From contig JAJYFR010000004.1 of assembly GCA_021785355.1 (NCBI GenBank), positions 7,184 through 71,183 of the forward strand: DNA of 64,000 bases, read 5' to 3'. The notes under the pieces were generated by a model. That model made no database searches, was not told where the DNA came from, and saw only the letters and a program-made list of their open reading frames with translations. Shown piece after piece: positions 51,286 through 60,882 of this stretch. The position numbers and the translations under genes are program-made. Positions within the stretch are counted from its first letter, which is position 1, and each line of letters begins with the position of its first letter. The DNA comes from a bacterium. GTDB lineage: Bacteria > Patescibacteriota > Dojkabacteria > JAKAPS01 > JAJZLI01.

Positions 51286-51319
51286 CTGGTTTATATAAAT
51301 ATATTTTAGATTATAAATA

Positions 51320-51625
51320 ATGAATACTAAAAATTTAGATAATTATATAGACCAATTAGTAGTAGATAAAGGTTTTGATTTAGGTAATGTTGATTTAGTA
51401 AAAAGGGTTAAAGATGAGTTATATGATCTTGTAGAAGATGCTATAAACTCAGAGATAGTAAATAAATTATCTCAAGATAAAATATCTGAATTTGAAAAGT
51501 TATTTAATAACAATGTTTCTGACGAAGTTGTGGTATCTTTTCTCAAATCAAATATAGAAAATTTAGATCAAGTAATAGAATCAGTTTTATTAAATTTTAG
51601 AAATATATATTTAGATAATAATTAA
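51320..51625 (+). CDS. Small acidic alpha-helical protein (DUF5663-like)
   Basis: LDNYIDQLVVDKG...INSEIVNKLSQDKISEFEKL...FRNIYL pattern typical of this CPR family (recalled, not searched). Confidence 0.6.
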   Translation: MNTKNLDNYIDQLVVDKGFDLGNVDLVKRVKDELYDLVEDAINSEIVNKLSQDKISEFEKLFNNNVSDEVVVSFLKSNIENLDQVIESVLLNFRNIYLDNN

Positions 51626-51627
51626 TT

Positions 51628-54618
51628 ATGGATATAAAAACAGAGGAACAGCAATCTTTAATAGTACAAGAAGTAGAGGACAGTATAAAAGATTTTGAAG
51701 TTATATTATCAGCAGAAGAAATTATTAATGAATATTTATATAAATTATCTTTAGGAGAAGAAGAAGATAGAGGTGATGAAAATAAGGTCTCTGTAGATGA
51801 AGGTTTAAATGAAACTGATACAACAAAAGATTTGCTTATTAAGAGGGATGAAAATAAAAATCCAAAAGTTTTGAATGAAGATGATCTTCTAAATATACAT
51901 ATTGTTGATATTAGTGATCAAACAAAAAGAAGAGCACATGACAATGCAAGAGAACAATTAACTGAAGAAAAAAATAAATTAACAGGAGTTGGTGGCATAG
52001 CAAAAAAATTAGGTAGATATGGATACTTTGAAGGTACAACTTATCAAAGATATAAAAAACAAGCACTTATAGAAGAATTATTAAAAGATACAGATGGTAA
52101 GACAGCAGAAAGATTTGAAGCAGGAAGCATTAGAACAGAGAGAAATACAGAGATAAGTGTTAAAGCTGCAGAAAGTGAAGAAGAAAAAACTTTGAAAGAA
52201 TTAATAATTAGTATGGCTAAAGGTGAAATTGAAGAAAGTGAATATATTGAATTAAAAAGGAAATTAATATCTGAATTATTTATTTCATCTTCTTTGAAAG
52301 AAAGTAAGAATACTGATTTTGAAAAATTTGAAGATAATATAGATAAATATATAGACCAAATTAAAGTATTAATAGATCATGGTAAAACAGTTGAAGATAT
52401 AAGAGATTTAATAACCTTAAACCTAGGTATAGCAAAAGATTTATCAATTACAAGAGTTGAATATAGTAAAACTGATAAAGTTTTAGAAGGTTTAAAAAGG
52501 CACAAAATTGCAGGGAAATTAGTTAATGAAACTGTTTTTGCAACAGGTGGATCTGTTTTAGGCAGAGTAGCTTTTAGCATAGCTTCTTCTAGAGCTGCAA
52601 CAATTGCTAGTTTTGGAGGAGCTGCTGTTGTAAGTTCTCTACTTTCAGCAGCTAAAGAAAAGCAAAGAATAAAAAGAGATAGGCAAATGCAGATTAGAGA
52701 TTATTCCGCAGGAAGATCAAATGGATTAGAAGGTAAAAGAAGAGAACAACTTCAGAGAACTGTATATGATTTAATGCCTATAAAAGATTCTTTTAATGAC
52801 CTTGTAGAATCATTTGATAAATTTAATAAAAGTATAGAGGGAGATAAGATTTCTTTTGAAAAGATGTTAAAAATAATTGGAGAGTATAGAGCAAGAAGGA
52901 TTGTATCTTTAGCTAGTGATATAGATCTATTTATATATTCTTCTTCAGAGAATATGCAAGAAGAGTTTAGTGACCTAGACTGGTATGTAAGATATGTTCA
53001 ATCTAAAATGCAAATATCAGAAAATCAAGATAAAATAAAATCAATATTGGGTGTTGATGATATTGATATAGAAGGTTTAATAGGGGAACAAATCGAAGAA
53101 TCTGTTAAAAATATTGAAGAAGATATTTCTCAAAAAGATTCAATATTTAGAGGTGTAAAATCTGCAAGAATAGGTAGATATGTAGCTTGGAATCTAGTAA
53201 CAGGACTTACAATAGGAGCTTTAGGACAAGGTGTAGTAAGAGAATTAATGGAGAAGCATGAAGAATTATTGAAAAATGGTGTTATAAAACAAGATTTTCT
53301 AGAAGGTCTTTTGAATAAATGGAATCAAGTAAAAATAAAGAAAACTACTTATATGCATAGTCCTAAAATAGCACTTAGATCAAAAGGTCGTGTTGGGGAA
53401 ATTTTTATGAATGGTAAAAAAATCCAAGAGGTTAAATTAAATAAAAATGGAAGCCTTACTTCAAGTTCAATTCAAACTTTACAACAAAAAGGAATAGGAG
53501 TTAAAACTAGTACCGTTTATACAAGTTCTGGGGGAGAAGTTATGCGTAATAATAGTATAGTTGCTGGCAATACAAATGTTCAAAGAAATCTTTGGTATGA
53601 CAATAATAATGCGCAAGGAGTATATACTAAGAATGAATTAGGTATATGGTGGGGTTCTAATACTGGATATAATAGTAAAGGAGATGTAGTTTTCAATATT
53701 GCTAGTATGACAAACAAAGGTTCATATCAAGGAAATTCTTCTGTGGCAATACAAAATCTTATTGAAGAAGGAAAAATGAAAATCTGGATTACTGCTAGTA
53801 GATCTACTCAAAATAAAGCATATGTATTTAATGTGAATAGAAATGGTTTAGTAAATATAGATAAAAATTCTTTAGCATATAGATTATTCTCAAAAAGTAG
53901 TACAGGTCATGTTAAATTCAATGGTGCATTTGTTGAAGCTGTAGTTCCTCAAGCAACAACAAAACTAGGAACTCATATAGGAGATCCAGTTGCAACTTAT
54001 GTAGGTTCAAATACAGCTAATCCTATTATAAATAAAGAGACAATTACTACACTTTTTGAAAAGCCTACAAGATATATTAAACCAAAAACTCAAATAGGAT
54101 GGCCTTGGTTTATACCTGTTGTAGGAAGAACTCCTTTAGAAAAAGCAGAAATTAATTCTAATCAAGAAAATTCAGAAATACCTGGAAACTCATTGGCAAA
54201 ATCAAGAGAAGTAAACGATTTTAATCTTATAGGTGATATTGGAAGTATTAATAGTAGTACAGATGAAGATATAAGAGGACTTTTTAATGAACTTTATATT
54301 AATGACAAAGAAGAAAGTAAAGTTTCTAGAGTAACAAAAAGAGAGCAAGCTAGGTATGCTATATCAATGATTAAAGATTATTTTAAAGTTATGTCAGCAG
54401 AAGAAATAAAATTATTAAATGAATATTTAAAGAAACGTAAAATGAATAAAGATAAGTATGAGAATGAAAGAAAAGATCTATTTTCTGAGAATTTTCTACT
54501 TCAAGAATATGATACTTTTAAATCTAGATTTGAAAATGATGAGGCTTTCAGATTGGATGTTTTAAGAAAATGGGCAGAAGTGCATCTCTACTATATTAAT
54601 AATAAAGGTTCTATATAA
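51628..54618 (+). CDS. Large hypothetical protein with Gly/Ala hydrophobic hairpins and a beta-rich domain (candidate secreted/membrane effector)
   Basis: Acidic helical N-half, hydrophobic segments ATGGSVLGRVAFSIASS..SFGGAAVVSSLL and WNLVTGLTIGALGQG, N/G/S-rich WYDNNN..ELGIWWG domain; no signal peptide. Confidence 0.8.
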   Translation: MDIKTEEQQSLIVQEVEDSIKDFEVILSAEEIINEYLYKLSLGEEEDRGDENKVSVDEGLNETDTTKDLLIKRDENKNPKVLNEDDLLNIHIVDISDQTKRRAHDNAREQLTEEKNKLTGVGGIAKKLGRYGYFEGTTYQRYKKQALIEELLKDTDGKTAERFEAGSIRTERNTEISVKAAESEEEKTLKELIISMAKGEIEESEYIELKRKLISELFISSSLKESKNTDFEKFEDNIDKYIDQIKVLIDHGKTVEDIRDLITLNLGIAKDLSITRVEYSKTDKVLEGLKRHKIAGKLVNETVFATGGSVLGRVAFSIASSRAATIASFGGAAVVSSLLSAAKEKQRIKRDRQMQIRDYSAGRSNGLEGKRREQLQRTVYDLMPIKDSFNDLVESFDKFNKSIEGDKISFEKMLKIIGEYRARRIVSLASDIDLFIYSSSENMQEEFSDLDWYVRYVQSKMQISENQDKIKSILGVDDIDIEGLIGEQIEESVKNIEEDISQKDSIFRGVKSARIGRYVAWNLVTGLTIGALGQGVVRELMEKHEELLKNGVIKQDFLEGLLNKWNQVKIKKTTYMHSPKIALRSKGRVGEIFMNGKKIQEVKLNKNGSLTSSSIQTLQQKGIGVKTSTVYTSSGGEVMRNNSIVAGNTNVQRNLWYDNNNAQGVYTKNELGIWWGSNTGYNSKGDVVFNIASMTNKGSYQGNSSVAIQNLIEEGKMKIWITASRSTQNKAYVFNVNRNGLVNIDKNSLAYRLFSKSSTGHVKFNGAFVEAVVPQATTKLGTHIGDPVATYVGSNTANPIINKETITTLFEKPTRYIKPKTQIGWPWFIPVVGRTPLEKAEINSNQENSEIPGNSLAKSREVNDFNLIGDIGSINSSTDEDIRGLFNELYINDKEESKVSRVTKREQARYAISMIKDYFKVMSAEEIKLLNEYLKKRKMNKDKYENERKDLFSENFLLQEYDTFKSRFENDEAFRLDVLRKWAEVHLYYINNKGSI

Positions 54619-54714
54619 AAATCTTTGTTCATTTAACAATAAAAATGTTGCTATTAATAGAAAATTTAAGGTATTTTGATTTTATTTTATAAAACTTTTA
54701 AAATACTTTAAATT

Positions 54715-54957
54715 ATGCAACAGATTCCGGGACTAAATCAATTTGTTAATAATATAGCAGGTGTAATGATAACCACAGTAGAAACAGTCCTTATATTAAT
54801 AGTAATAGCATTTGGTATCCAGTTTATAATGTACTCCGATAATCCTCAAGAAAGATCTAGATTGATTAGAAGAATAATTTGGGTTTTAGTAGGACTTTTT
54901 ATCGTTATAGGTGCTCAAAATTTTACTACATTTCTACATGCGATTATTGGCGGTTAG
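54715..54957 (+). CDS. VirB2/TrbC-like T4SS pilin
   Basis: 80 aa with two TM helices flanking GIQFIMYSDNPQERSRLIRRIIWVLVG. Confidence 0.7.
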   Translation: MQQIPGLNQFVNNIAGVMITTVETVLILIVIAFGIQFIMYSDNPQERSRLIRRIIWVLVGLFIVIGAQNFTTFLHAIIGG

Positions 54958-55876
54958 TCTAATATTAATATTTCTTTTTTCAAGACCTGTATTTGCTCAA
55001 GGTACAAATTCTAATATTCTCAATTGCAATTCATCAATTTCTTTTTCCATAGATGGAGTTATGTGTTCTTTGGGGTATATAATAGATCAATTTACAGAAT
55101 TTACTCCTAATATTTTATCTAATAATGGATATGGAGGAAGTCTTGCAGGGATAGCTTTTAATCAATATACCCAAGGCACTGAGTATATTGCGTTTGCAAT
55201 AATACCGATACTTATATATTTATATATACTTAATTTTTTAGGTGAAGTATCTTTAGGTAAAACAGGTTTATCTCCACAGGATTTAATGTATAGTATTTTT
55301 ATGTCTGTATTAATATTAATACTTTCTCCTTATATTTTATCTATGCTTATAACATTTATTAATGTATTAGATAAATTTATAATTATTCATATTATACACT
55401 CATCTAATCCTAGTTTATTTCAAACAATTATTAATTCAATGAATCTTAGTAATTTTAATTCAGGTATATTTTCAGGCATAATTAATTATATTTTATACAT
55501 TCTTCTTATTATTGTTCTGTTTTTATTTTCATTTCAATTTATATTAAGATTTATTTTACTTTGGATATTAATACTTTTCTTTCCTTTTGGAGTTGCTTTG
55601 TCTATATACCCTCCATTTGGAAATATTCTAGGATCTATTCTGTCTAAAATTATGCAATTATTATTTATTCAACCTGCTTTTTTAATAGGTATATCTATTT
55701 TTATATTAATAGTTAATAATTTCTCTATTAATGTAGTTGAGAAATTTATCATCTCAATAGTTACATTATTCTCATTAGCGTTAATCCCTAATTTACTTAC
55801 AAGATATCTTAATTTTTCTTTTTCATTTGGACAAAGAAATATAAGGAGTATATTGAAATATGGATACAAAAGATAG
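54938..55876 (+). CDS. VirB6/TrbL-like membrane protein
   Basis: Signal-like MRLLAVSLILIFLFSRPVFA, about 6 TM segments, LRFILLWILILFFPFGVALSIYP motif. Confidence 0.65.
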   Translation: MRLLAVSLILIFLFSRPVFAQGTNSNILNCNSSISFSIDGVMCSLGYIIDQFTEFTPNILSNNGYGGSLAGIAFNQYTQGTEYIAFAIIPILIYLYILNFLGEVSLGKTGLSPQDLMYSIFMSVLILILSPYILSMLITFINVLDKFIIIHIIHSSNPSLFQTIINSMNLSNFNSGIFSGIINYILYILLIIVLFLFSFQFILRFILLWILILFFPFGVALSIYPPFGNILGSILSKIMQLLFIQPAFLIGISIFILIVNNFSINVVEKFIISIVTLFSLALIPNLLTRYLNFSFSFGQRNIRSILKYGYKR

Positions 55877-56159
55877 TTGTAAAGTTTATAAAATAAAAAA
55901 TTTACATTCAGGTTATATTAATATAACTAACAATGTTTTAATATTTCTTTTCTCTATTATACCCATACTTTTTATCATATTTAGCCCTATTATTATTCAA
56001 TTAAAAATATTTTTATCTTCTTTTATTGTTATGACATTTTATGTTTTATTTAAACAAGAATATAAAGGTAATGTTTTATATTTGTATATATATTTTTTCA
56101 TTCTTTTTATGAAGAAAAAGAAAAAGTATTATTTTGAAGAGGAAAGTATAGATGTATAA
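55860..56159 (+). CDS. PrgI/VirB3-like small membrane protein
   Basis: 99 aa, 2 TM segments, basic C-tail; position before the VirB4 partner. Confidence 0.55.
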   Translation: MDTKDSCKVYKIKNLHSGYINITNNVLIFLFSIIPILFIIFSPIIIQLKIFLSSFIVMTFYVLFKQEYKGNVLYLYIYFFILFMKKKKKYYFEEESIDV

Positions 56160-56670
56160 TATAAAAAATTTTTATGACATATTAGGTATAGAAGAAGATT
56201 TAATAATTTTAAAAAATTCTGTATATTCTAAGATTTTTGAAATATTTCCTGACAATTTTATACTTTCTGATATAGAAGAAAGATATTCTTTTATAAAAAA
56301 ATATGAAGAGTTTTTAATATCTTTAAAAATAGATATTCAGTTTATTGCTATAAATTTTAAATTACCTCAAAAGGAGAATTTAAAATATTTATCTAATATA
56401 AAGGATAAAAAGTTTAATATGTTATATAAAGAGGCTTTATTAAATAAGGATAATGAAGTTCTTAGAAATTTATTTAATCAGAGATTTTTTTTAATACACT
56501 CTGTAAATAAAAAAAGAAAACATCTTGATTATCAAAAAGATTTATTAGAGGTTAAAAGTGTATTTTCTTCACAAGAAAAACAATTAAGATATATGTTATC
56601 TCAAATTCCTTTATCTTTCAAAAAAATGAATAAATCGGAGATAATTAAAATTTTAAAATTTTTTAGTTAA
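56152..56670 (+). CDS. VirB4-associated protein (paralog of 48443..49111)
   Basis: ILGIEEDLIILKN, PDNFILSDIEER, FLISL, RFFLI align with the copy-1 partner. Confidence 0.6.
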   Translation: MYNIKNFYDILGIEEDLIILKNSVYSKIFEIFPDNFILSDIEERYSFIKKYEEFLISLKIDIQFIAINFKLPQKENLKYLSNIKDKKFNMLYKEALLNKDNEVLRNLFNQRFFLIHSVNKKRKHLDYQKDLLEVKSVFSSQEKQLRYMLSQIPLSFKKMNKSEIIKILKFFS

Positions 56671-56674
56671 AGTT

Positions 56675-58306
56675 ATGAAAATTCTTTATAAAAATAAACA
56701 AGATAAGATTTTCCCTAAAAAGATTGAAGAAAAGCCTTCTTTTATAAAGGTAAATAATAAGTATTTTAAAACTTATTATGTTGCAGAGTATCCTTCTGAA
56801 GTGTACAGTTTCTTTCTTTCAGACATATTTTCATTGGGAGGTAATATAATGGTCACTCAATATTTAAAAGCTGTAAAAAAAGATCAAATACTTAATTCTA
56901 TAAAAATGAAATTATCTGCCATTGAAGCCCAAAGACATTCTCGTTTCAAAAAAGGAAAGTTAAATGATATTACTTTAGATCTAGAAGTCTCAAATCTGGA
57001 GGATTTTAGAAGAATTCTTGTTTCTTCAAAAGAAACGAGTTTATCTTTTGGTTTTTATTTAACTTTATATTCTAAAAATTTATATAGATTAAAATCTTTA
57101 TCAAAAAATTTAGAACTACTTCTTTCTTCTAAATCTTTTAATATATATTCTCTAGATTTTAGACAAGATGCTGGGTATAAAACAATATTACCTTTTAATT
57201 TAAATATATCTTCGAAATCTTTTATTTTAAATACCAAATCTGTAGCATATATGACTCCTTTTGTTCTTAGTAACTATACTGATTATAGTGGTGTTATTTA
57301 TGGGGTAAATTCACTGACAAATTCAATGTTAATTTTTGATATATTTAAATATGAAAATTATAATGGTGTTGTTTTTGCCAAATCAGGTTCTGGAAAGAGT
57401 TTTTTTGCCAAAATAAATATAATAAGGTCACTTTCTAAAGGTATAAAGGTAGTTGTAATAGATCCAGAAGGAGAATATAAGGATCTATGTAAAAATTTAA
57501 AAGGTAAATATATTGATCTTTCTCATAAATCAAAAAATCATATAAATCCTTTTGATTTATATGAAGGAGAAAGTATTGATGAAAAAATACAATTCATAAA
57601 AAGTTTTTTACGAAAGACATGTACGTATTTCGATTCAAATGAAATAGATAAAGCTTTAATTGAGATTTTTAGAGATTTTAAGAATCCTACATTTGTAGAT
57701 TTATATAATTTTTTAGAGAAAAAGAATAGTAGAATGGCTCTAGAAATATTTAATATATCAAAAGGATCAAATTCAAATCTATATTCAAATGAAAGTAATA
57801 TTAAACTTTCATCTAAAGATAATCTAATAGTATTTGATATATCTTCACTAGATAGTTATAACATATCTTTAATGATGCATGTAGTGCTTAATTTTATTTG
57901 GAAATTTCATCAAAGACAAGATAAAAGATTAGTTTTTATAGATGAAGCTCATAGATTATTTGAGAATGAGGATTTGTTAAGTTATCTTAAAATGGTATCA
58001 AAAAGAGCAAGGAAATATAACTTAGGATTGATATATATAACTCAAGATATTGAAGATTTTATATCTTCAGAAGAAGGTAGGTCAATAATAGCAAATACAT
58101 CATTGAAGGTTTTAATGAAGCAAGAAAAGGTAAATGTAGAAAAGATAGGAAAAACATTTATGCTATCTTCTGAAGAAAAGGAAGCTTTATTAAAATTTTC
58201 ATTAGGAGAATCCTTGATACTTTTTGGAGATTTAAGAGTATATAATAAAGTCTTTGCTTTTGAATTTGAGGAAAAGATTTTTAATAAAAGGCAGGAGATT
58301 CCATAG
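56675..58306 (+). CDS. virB4: VirB4/TraE-family T4SS ATPase (copy 2)
   Basis: ENYNGVVFAKSGSGKS, IDPEGEY, INPFD, FIDEAH, KRARKY, TQDIEDF. Confidence 0.88.
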   Translation: MKILYKNKQDKIFPKKIEEKPSFIKVNNKYFKTYYVAEYPSEVYSFFLSDIFSLGGNIMVTQYLKAVKKDQILNSIKMKLSAIEAQRHSRFKKGKLNDITLDLEVSNLEDFRRILVSSKETSLSFGFYLTLYSKNLYRLKSLSKNLELLLSSKSFNIYSLDFRQDAGYKTILPFNLNISSKSFILNTKSVAYMTPFVLSNYTDYSGVIYGVNSLTNSMLIFDIFKYENYNGVVFAKSGSGKSFFAKINIIRSLSKGIKVVVIDPEGEYKDLCKNLKGKYIDLSHKSKNHINPFDLYEGESIDEKIQFIKSFLRKTCTYFDSNEIDKALIEIFRDFKNPTFVDLYNFLEKKNSRMALEIFNISKGSNSNLYSNESNIKLSSKDNLIVFDISSLDSYNISLMMHVVLNFIWKFHQRQDKRLVFIDEAHRLFENEDLLSYLKMVSKRARKYNLGLIYITQDIEDFISSEEGRSIIANTSLKVLMKQEKVNVEKIGKTFMLSSEEKEALLKFSLGESLILFGDLRVYNKVFAFEFEEKIFNKRQEIP

Positions 58307-59336
58307 GTTTTGCTAAAGCTACTCCAGAAGGATCATTTAATTGATTAAAACCAGATCCTGCAACTCCTGTTATTCCATATTGCCACAGTATTTGTTGTGT
58401 TTTTGGGTTAAGAACAAATATTCTATCATTATGATCATCTACTATTAAGTAATTTCCATTAGGAAGTAATTGAGTAGAAGATGGATGATTTAGGGTGTTA
58501 GCTCCTGTTGGTTGGTAAGTCCAAACAACATTACCTTGTTGAGTTATCTCTTGTACTTTTCCAGGGTATACCCAATCTGTTGATAAGATATTTCCATTAG
58601 GTAAAGGAACTGCATCGGAAGGATATAACTGAGGTATATTTATTTGCCAATTGATAACTTTTTTAGCAATATTTACATCTATTGCCATATGATTTGCTAT
58701 TGATGTTATCAATATACTGTTATTTGGTAGAGGCATAGCATCATTTGGTGCATCTAGGTATCCTGCTTGAGTACCAGGAAGACCAGTATGTCCATATTGC
58801 CAAACTACTTTACCTGCTTTATTAACAGCAATAACTCTCATATTAGCATCATCTGTAATTACAGTATTTCCGTTAGGTAGTCTAAATGAATCATCTACAT
58901 ATTTACCTAAATATCCTGTTTGTGCTCCTGGTACACCTAAGTGTCCATATTGCCAAACTATACTTTTTGTCTGAGTATTTATCTCAATAACTTTACTATA
59001 ATCTTCTTCATTAACTAATAATCTGTTAGGAGCATAGACTTGAACGTCATCAGGATCTTTTATCCCATCCATTTGCCATATAATTTGTTTTTGAGGGTTA
59101 ACTTCTATTATTCTATTATTTTTAGAATCACAAATATAAATGTCTCCTCCAAGTGGAGTTGAAGCAAGTATTGCTTGTTGCTTTGCTTTTTGAGCTTTTA
59201 TAATACTTTCTGTAGATTTTATTTTTGATATATATATATTAGCTTTATAAGATTTACTTATTATTAATCCAACGATAACAAGCATAATCAAGTATAGTAA
59301 TATAAGATATATTGTTTTTTTTGAAAATTTTTTCAT
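58281..59336 (-). CDS. Membrane-anchored NHL/beta-propeller repeat protein
   Basis: N-terminal TM; repeats of LPNGN..I.D..N.R......WQYG..G..G. Confidence 0.8.
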   Translation of the reverse strand: MKKFSKKTIYLILLYLIMLVIVGLIISKSYKANIYISKIKSTESIIKAQKAKQQAILASTPLGGDIYICDSKNNRIIEVNPQKQIIWQMDGIKDPDDVQVYAPNRLLVNEEDYSKVIEINTQTKSIVWQYGHLGVPGAQTGYLGKYVDDSFRLPNGNTVITDDANMRVIAVNKAGKVVWQYGHTGLPGTQAGYLDAPNDAMPLPNNSILITSIANHMAIDVNIAKKVINWQINIPQLYPSDAVPLPNGNILSTDWVYPGKVQEITQQGNVVWTYQPTGANTLNHPSSTQLLPNGNYLIVDDHNDRIFVLNPKTQQILWQYGITGVAGSGFNQLNDPSGVALAKPMESPAFY

Positions 59337-59770
59337 TAATTTACGGTATAACTTACTGTTTTCTGATATATATTATTAATATATATCTTTATGCTATATG
59401 TTCCTTTAGGATAATCTAAGTTATGAGTTTTATCCCAATTAAAATATACATATCCTGTTGTAATGTTAGGTTTTATAGAATAACTATCTATATAATAATT
59501 ATTGTAATACCTAATATAAGATATTTGGGTGTTTTTAGTCAAATTATTTATTTTTAAAAATAAATAAATATTTCTATCAATTGAATGATTGAAAGCTTTT
59601 GTTATAGACAAAGGTTGTCCATTGCTTGATATATTTTTTGCAAAAAATGCTTTGGATACAGATAAAGAAGATGCTTTATTATTTGTAGGAGTATTTTTAT
59701 TTAAGAATAATATTAAAGCTATACCTAAAAGCACTATTATTACTGCAGTTGTAAGTCTTTTATTCTTCAT
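59336..59770 (-). CDS. Membrane-anchored Ig-like hypothetical protein
   Basis: N-terminal TM, C-terminal YPKGTYSIKIYIN strand motif. Confidence 0.6.
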   Translation of the reverse strand: MKNKRLTTAVIIVLLGIALILFLNKNTPTNNKASSLSVSKAFFAKNISSNGQPLSITKAFNHSIDRNIYLFLKINNLTKNTQISYIRYYNNYYIDSYSIKPNITTGYVYFNWDKTHNLDYPKGTYSIKIYINNIYQKTVSYTVN

Positions 59771-59772
59771 AA

Positions 59773-60138
59773 TTAATTACCTTTACTACTTGAACTTTTC
59801 TTATCAGTGGAAGCAGTTTTATCCTTAGTAGTTTTTGAATTTTCAGTTTCTATCTCTTTTTCTACATTTATTTCAGGAACTTTTATTTCTGCTTTATCCT
59901 TTTTATCTTTTCCTGCCGATTGAATTTCTCCTTTAGTAACTTCATTTTCAAATTTAAGATCTTGTGAATTTGTCTTTAATTCTGTTATTCCTTTATTTAC
60001 CTCAGTTTTTAGTGTAGGTGTTTGTGCAAAAACATTTCTTATGCTAAAAAAATATAACAATAAAATTAAACTTACTAATAAAAGAAAAATATATTTTACA
60101 TTTATTTTATTTAACATATGAATATATAGTAAATACAA
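59773..60138 (-). CDS. Secreted K/E/S-rich hypothetical protein
   Basis: Signal peptide ending VFA|Q, charged low-complexity tail; likely start at MLNK. Confidence 0.6.
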   Translation of the reverse strand: MYLLYIHMLNKINVKYIFLLLVSLILLLYFFSIRNVFAQTPTLKTEVNKGITELKTNSQDLKFENEVTKGEIQSAGKDKKDKAEIKVPEINVEKEIETENSKTTKDKTASTDKKSSSSKGN

Positions 60139-60156
60139 AATGTATGAAAGTCAATA

Positions 60157-60882
60157 TTATTGAATCAATGAAGCTGTCACTATAAACCGTTGAGTCCCTA
60201 TTCCAGGAGGAATACATGTCATTAGTGTTAAATATCTATCTTTTGGAGGAGAATATAGAACTGATACATCTGTAGGTGATACAACTTTTGTTGCAAATAC
60301 TTTATATTTATATATTATACCTTTAAATTTGGTAATAATAATATCTCCAGTTTTTAATTGTAATATATTTGTAAATATTCCCAAGAAAGAATTAGGATAA
60401 AGGTCGGCAAACCATTGAGGTGCTGAATGTCCATATATGTATGTATTTCCAATTTCTCCAGGAAGTGCAGTACCTTTCATTTGAGCAACAGAATTAACAA
60501 GAACTTTTTCATATGCTTGTGTACTAAAACCATCAACACCTGCTTTTACAGGAATATTTTTTAAATTAATTGAAGGTATGGATAGGTAAAAGTATCCATT
60601 GTATGTATTATGAGAACTCATATCTGTAGCCTCTATTATTTTTGAAAAATATTGAGCAGAAGGGTCTGATTTTATAATTTTTGTTTTATATTCATGAAAT
60701 AAATTTTGATCAATATAATAATTGATCAGAGGCGATAGTGCTATTGATATAAATAATCCTCCCATTACAAAGAGGAATATTGATCCATAATTAAGTTTAA
60801 ACTTCTTTTTTTTTACAAATTTTTTCTTTTTATGTAATATAGGCTTACTATTTATTTTTTTTACATACATATACCTCTGCAT
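60157..60882 (-). CDS. Sortase
   Basis: N-terminal TM, LSIPSI, GTALPGEIGNTYIYGH, LTLMTC, R of QRFIV. Confidence 0.9.
   Translation of the reverse strand: MQRYMYVKKINSKPILHKKKKFVKKKKFKLNYGSIFLFVMGGLFISIALSPLINYYIDQNLFHEYKTKIIKSDPSAQYFSKIIEATDMSSHNTYNGYFYLSIPSINLKNIPVKAGVDGFSTQAYEKVLVNSVAQMKGTALPGEIGNTYIYGHSAPQWFADLYPNSFLGIFTNILQLKTGDIIITKFKGIIYKYKVFATKVVSPTDVSVLYSPPKDRYLTLMTCIPPGIGTQRFIVTASLIQ

Noticed and set aside
46502-58306. Integrative conjugative element or prophage interpretation
   Set aside because: No integrase, relaxase, coupling protein, att repeats or phage structural genes, and composition looks like the flanks
54631-60130. XerD-arm-like ATTTAACA motifs at ~54631 and ~60109 flanking VirB4 module 2
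   Set aside because: No matching XerC arms and no recombinase gene; expected by chance in AT-rich DNA
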